From NCBI RefSeq assembly GCF_006345805.1, contig NC_043000.1, positions 69,688,001 to 69,752,000 on the forward strand: 64,000 bases of DNA, given 5' to 3'. Origin of the DNA: Octopus sinensis (lineage: Eukaryota). Under the pieces are notes generated by a model that did no database searches, was not told where the DNA came from, and saw only the letters and a program-made list of their open reading frames with translations. Below are positions 62,620 to 64,000 of the stretch, piece by piece. The first letter of the stretch is position 1. The number at the start of each line of letters is the position of its first letter. Both the position numbers and the translations under genes were made by a program.

Positions 62620-64000
62620 CCAGCATTTCCCTAGCCACGAAACGCTAGAAAAAAAACCCAGAACAACTGCACGCACACCCACCACTCGAATACAAATAGA
62701 GACATGGAAAATACGAACGAAGCAAAGGCAAATCTGAGAGACGCGAAGGTGAACTCTGTCAACATCATTGATACGGCAACAGCGATTGTTAACAGCTCTG
62801 TCACCCTCATCCCCACCGCCACCAAGACTACCACTGCTACCACCACTGCCACCACCATCACCGCCAACAACAACAAAGAAAGTATGGAAAAGACTCCAAC
62901 TATCACCACTACAAAACAAAATGGCTCTTCTGCCAGCATCAACACAATAGCCAAAATTTCTGCTCCTACTGCTATCACCACCACTACCAGCAACAACAAC
63001 AGCAACAACAAAAACAAATCAAATTTTGCAGAAGCCTTAAAACAAAAATAAGACAATACTGGTGGAAGAGATATGCGACAATACAAGTTCACTTCGACAA
63101 CGAAGAAAAAGCCAAAGAACTCCTTACGCTCACCCTACAGTCTGAGGAATCAGTTTTGATTCCGAGATACCTTTGTCAACGAGTGACCAAAATCTCAATC
63201 CAAAATGTCTCTCCAAAAGTAGAGACACAATGGCTGTTGTCCGCCATTTGTTACAAAGACAACATAACTATATTAGAGATTGCTGTCGGGAAAAATCATT
63301 CAGTTGCTGATACAAATAGACCAGAACTCAATAAAAAGCGTCCCAGACTAAATTGAGCTGCCAGACGGCCATAATTTATACGTAGTGGTAGAAAGTAGGA
63401 GGCCTCGCTGTTCCCTGTTTGGCAGCGAGGAGCACCTAAATACTGTGCCCAACAGCGAAGGAACAACAAAAACAAGAACAACAACCACCACCACCACAAC
63501 CAGAAACTTCTGAAAAAATGCGCTGCTACCCACACTAGAGAAGACTTACAACAGGGTGAGTACAACGAAACAGACACACCAATCAAACTCGCCAACACCA
63601 ACACTTGAAAGTGCAGCAGCACCTTGAAAACTCCAACAAAAACAGTAGCTGGAACTAAAGAAACAGAAAAACCAAAAGAATATACAAAAACTGATTCCCA
63701 TTCCCCTATATCACATACACCACTTACAAACAATCAACAACCAACATCAATGAAAGCAACAACATAACCACTTACAGAAACATACATAGACGCTTACAAT
63801 ATGCCCTTATCCCCTTCCGATCCCTCAGAAATTTCGTCGGAAGACGAAAGCAGCAAGGAATGGTAAATAGCCAGAAAATGAAGGCGGAAGAGGCGCAAGA
63901 AAAGAGGAGCAAACACCAACAAAGCAGGGAGATGCACAACTCCCGAAAACATTGCGAACAAACACTAGCACAAACAACACCAACACCAACACTGCAAAAA
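62620..64000 (+). mobile_element. Tx1-like element 5' part (Thr/Asn-rich ORF1), running off the window
   Basis: NFAEALKQK, then KRYATIQVHFDNEEKAK...LIPRYLCQRVTKISIQNVSP, homologous to the ORF1 remnants at 40.3 and 47.8 kb. Confidence 0.7.

Overview
AT-rich, microsatellite-dense animal genomic DNA, most likely an octopus (inferred from recurring tRNA-derived SINE families and repeat content; no database search was possible). There is one 100-N gap. Almost all ORF-track entries are translations of microsatellites. The one convincing host coding segment is a terminal exon encoding a degenerate vWA-like domain (868-1406, +). The rest is layered mobile DNA: decayed R4/Dong-like LINEs sitting in (TAA)n tracts, Tx1/L1-like elements (two appear to carry ORF1 only), RTE relics, two mariner relics, three SINE families and several Penelope-like (PLE) elements. 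The most striking feature is a non-coding array of about 6.4 x 362 bp (23438-25825). Each full unit carries a minimal type I hammerhead-ribozyme motif on the minus strand, with a U3:A8 core and a palindromic helix III; four of six copies are intact. The array is flanked by a 12-bp target-site duplication and ends in a 5'-inverted segment, which fits a retrozyme-like RNA mobilised by target-primed reverse transcription. Three other element families in the window carry well-formed hammerheads and the same 5'-inversion architecture, including a GIY-YIG-encoding Penelope fragment with the same U3:A8 core. Ribozyme activity, circular RNA and novelty are inferred, not shown.
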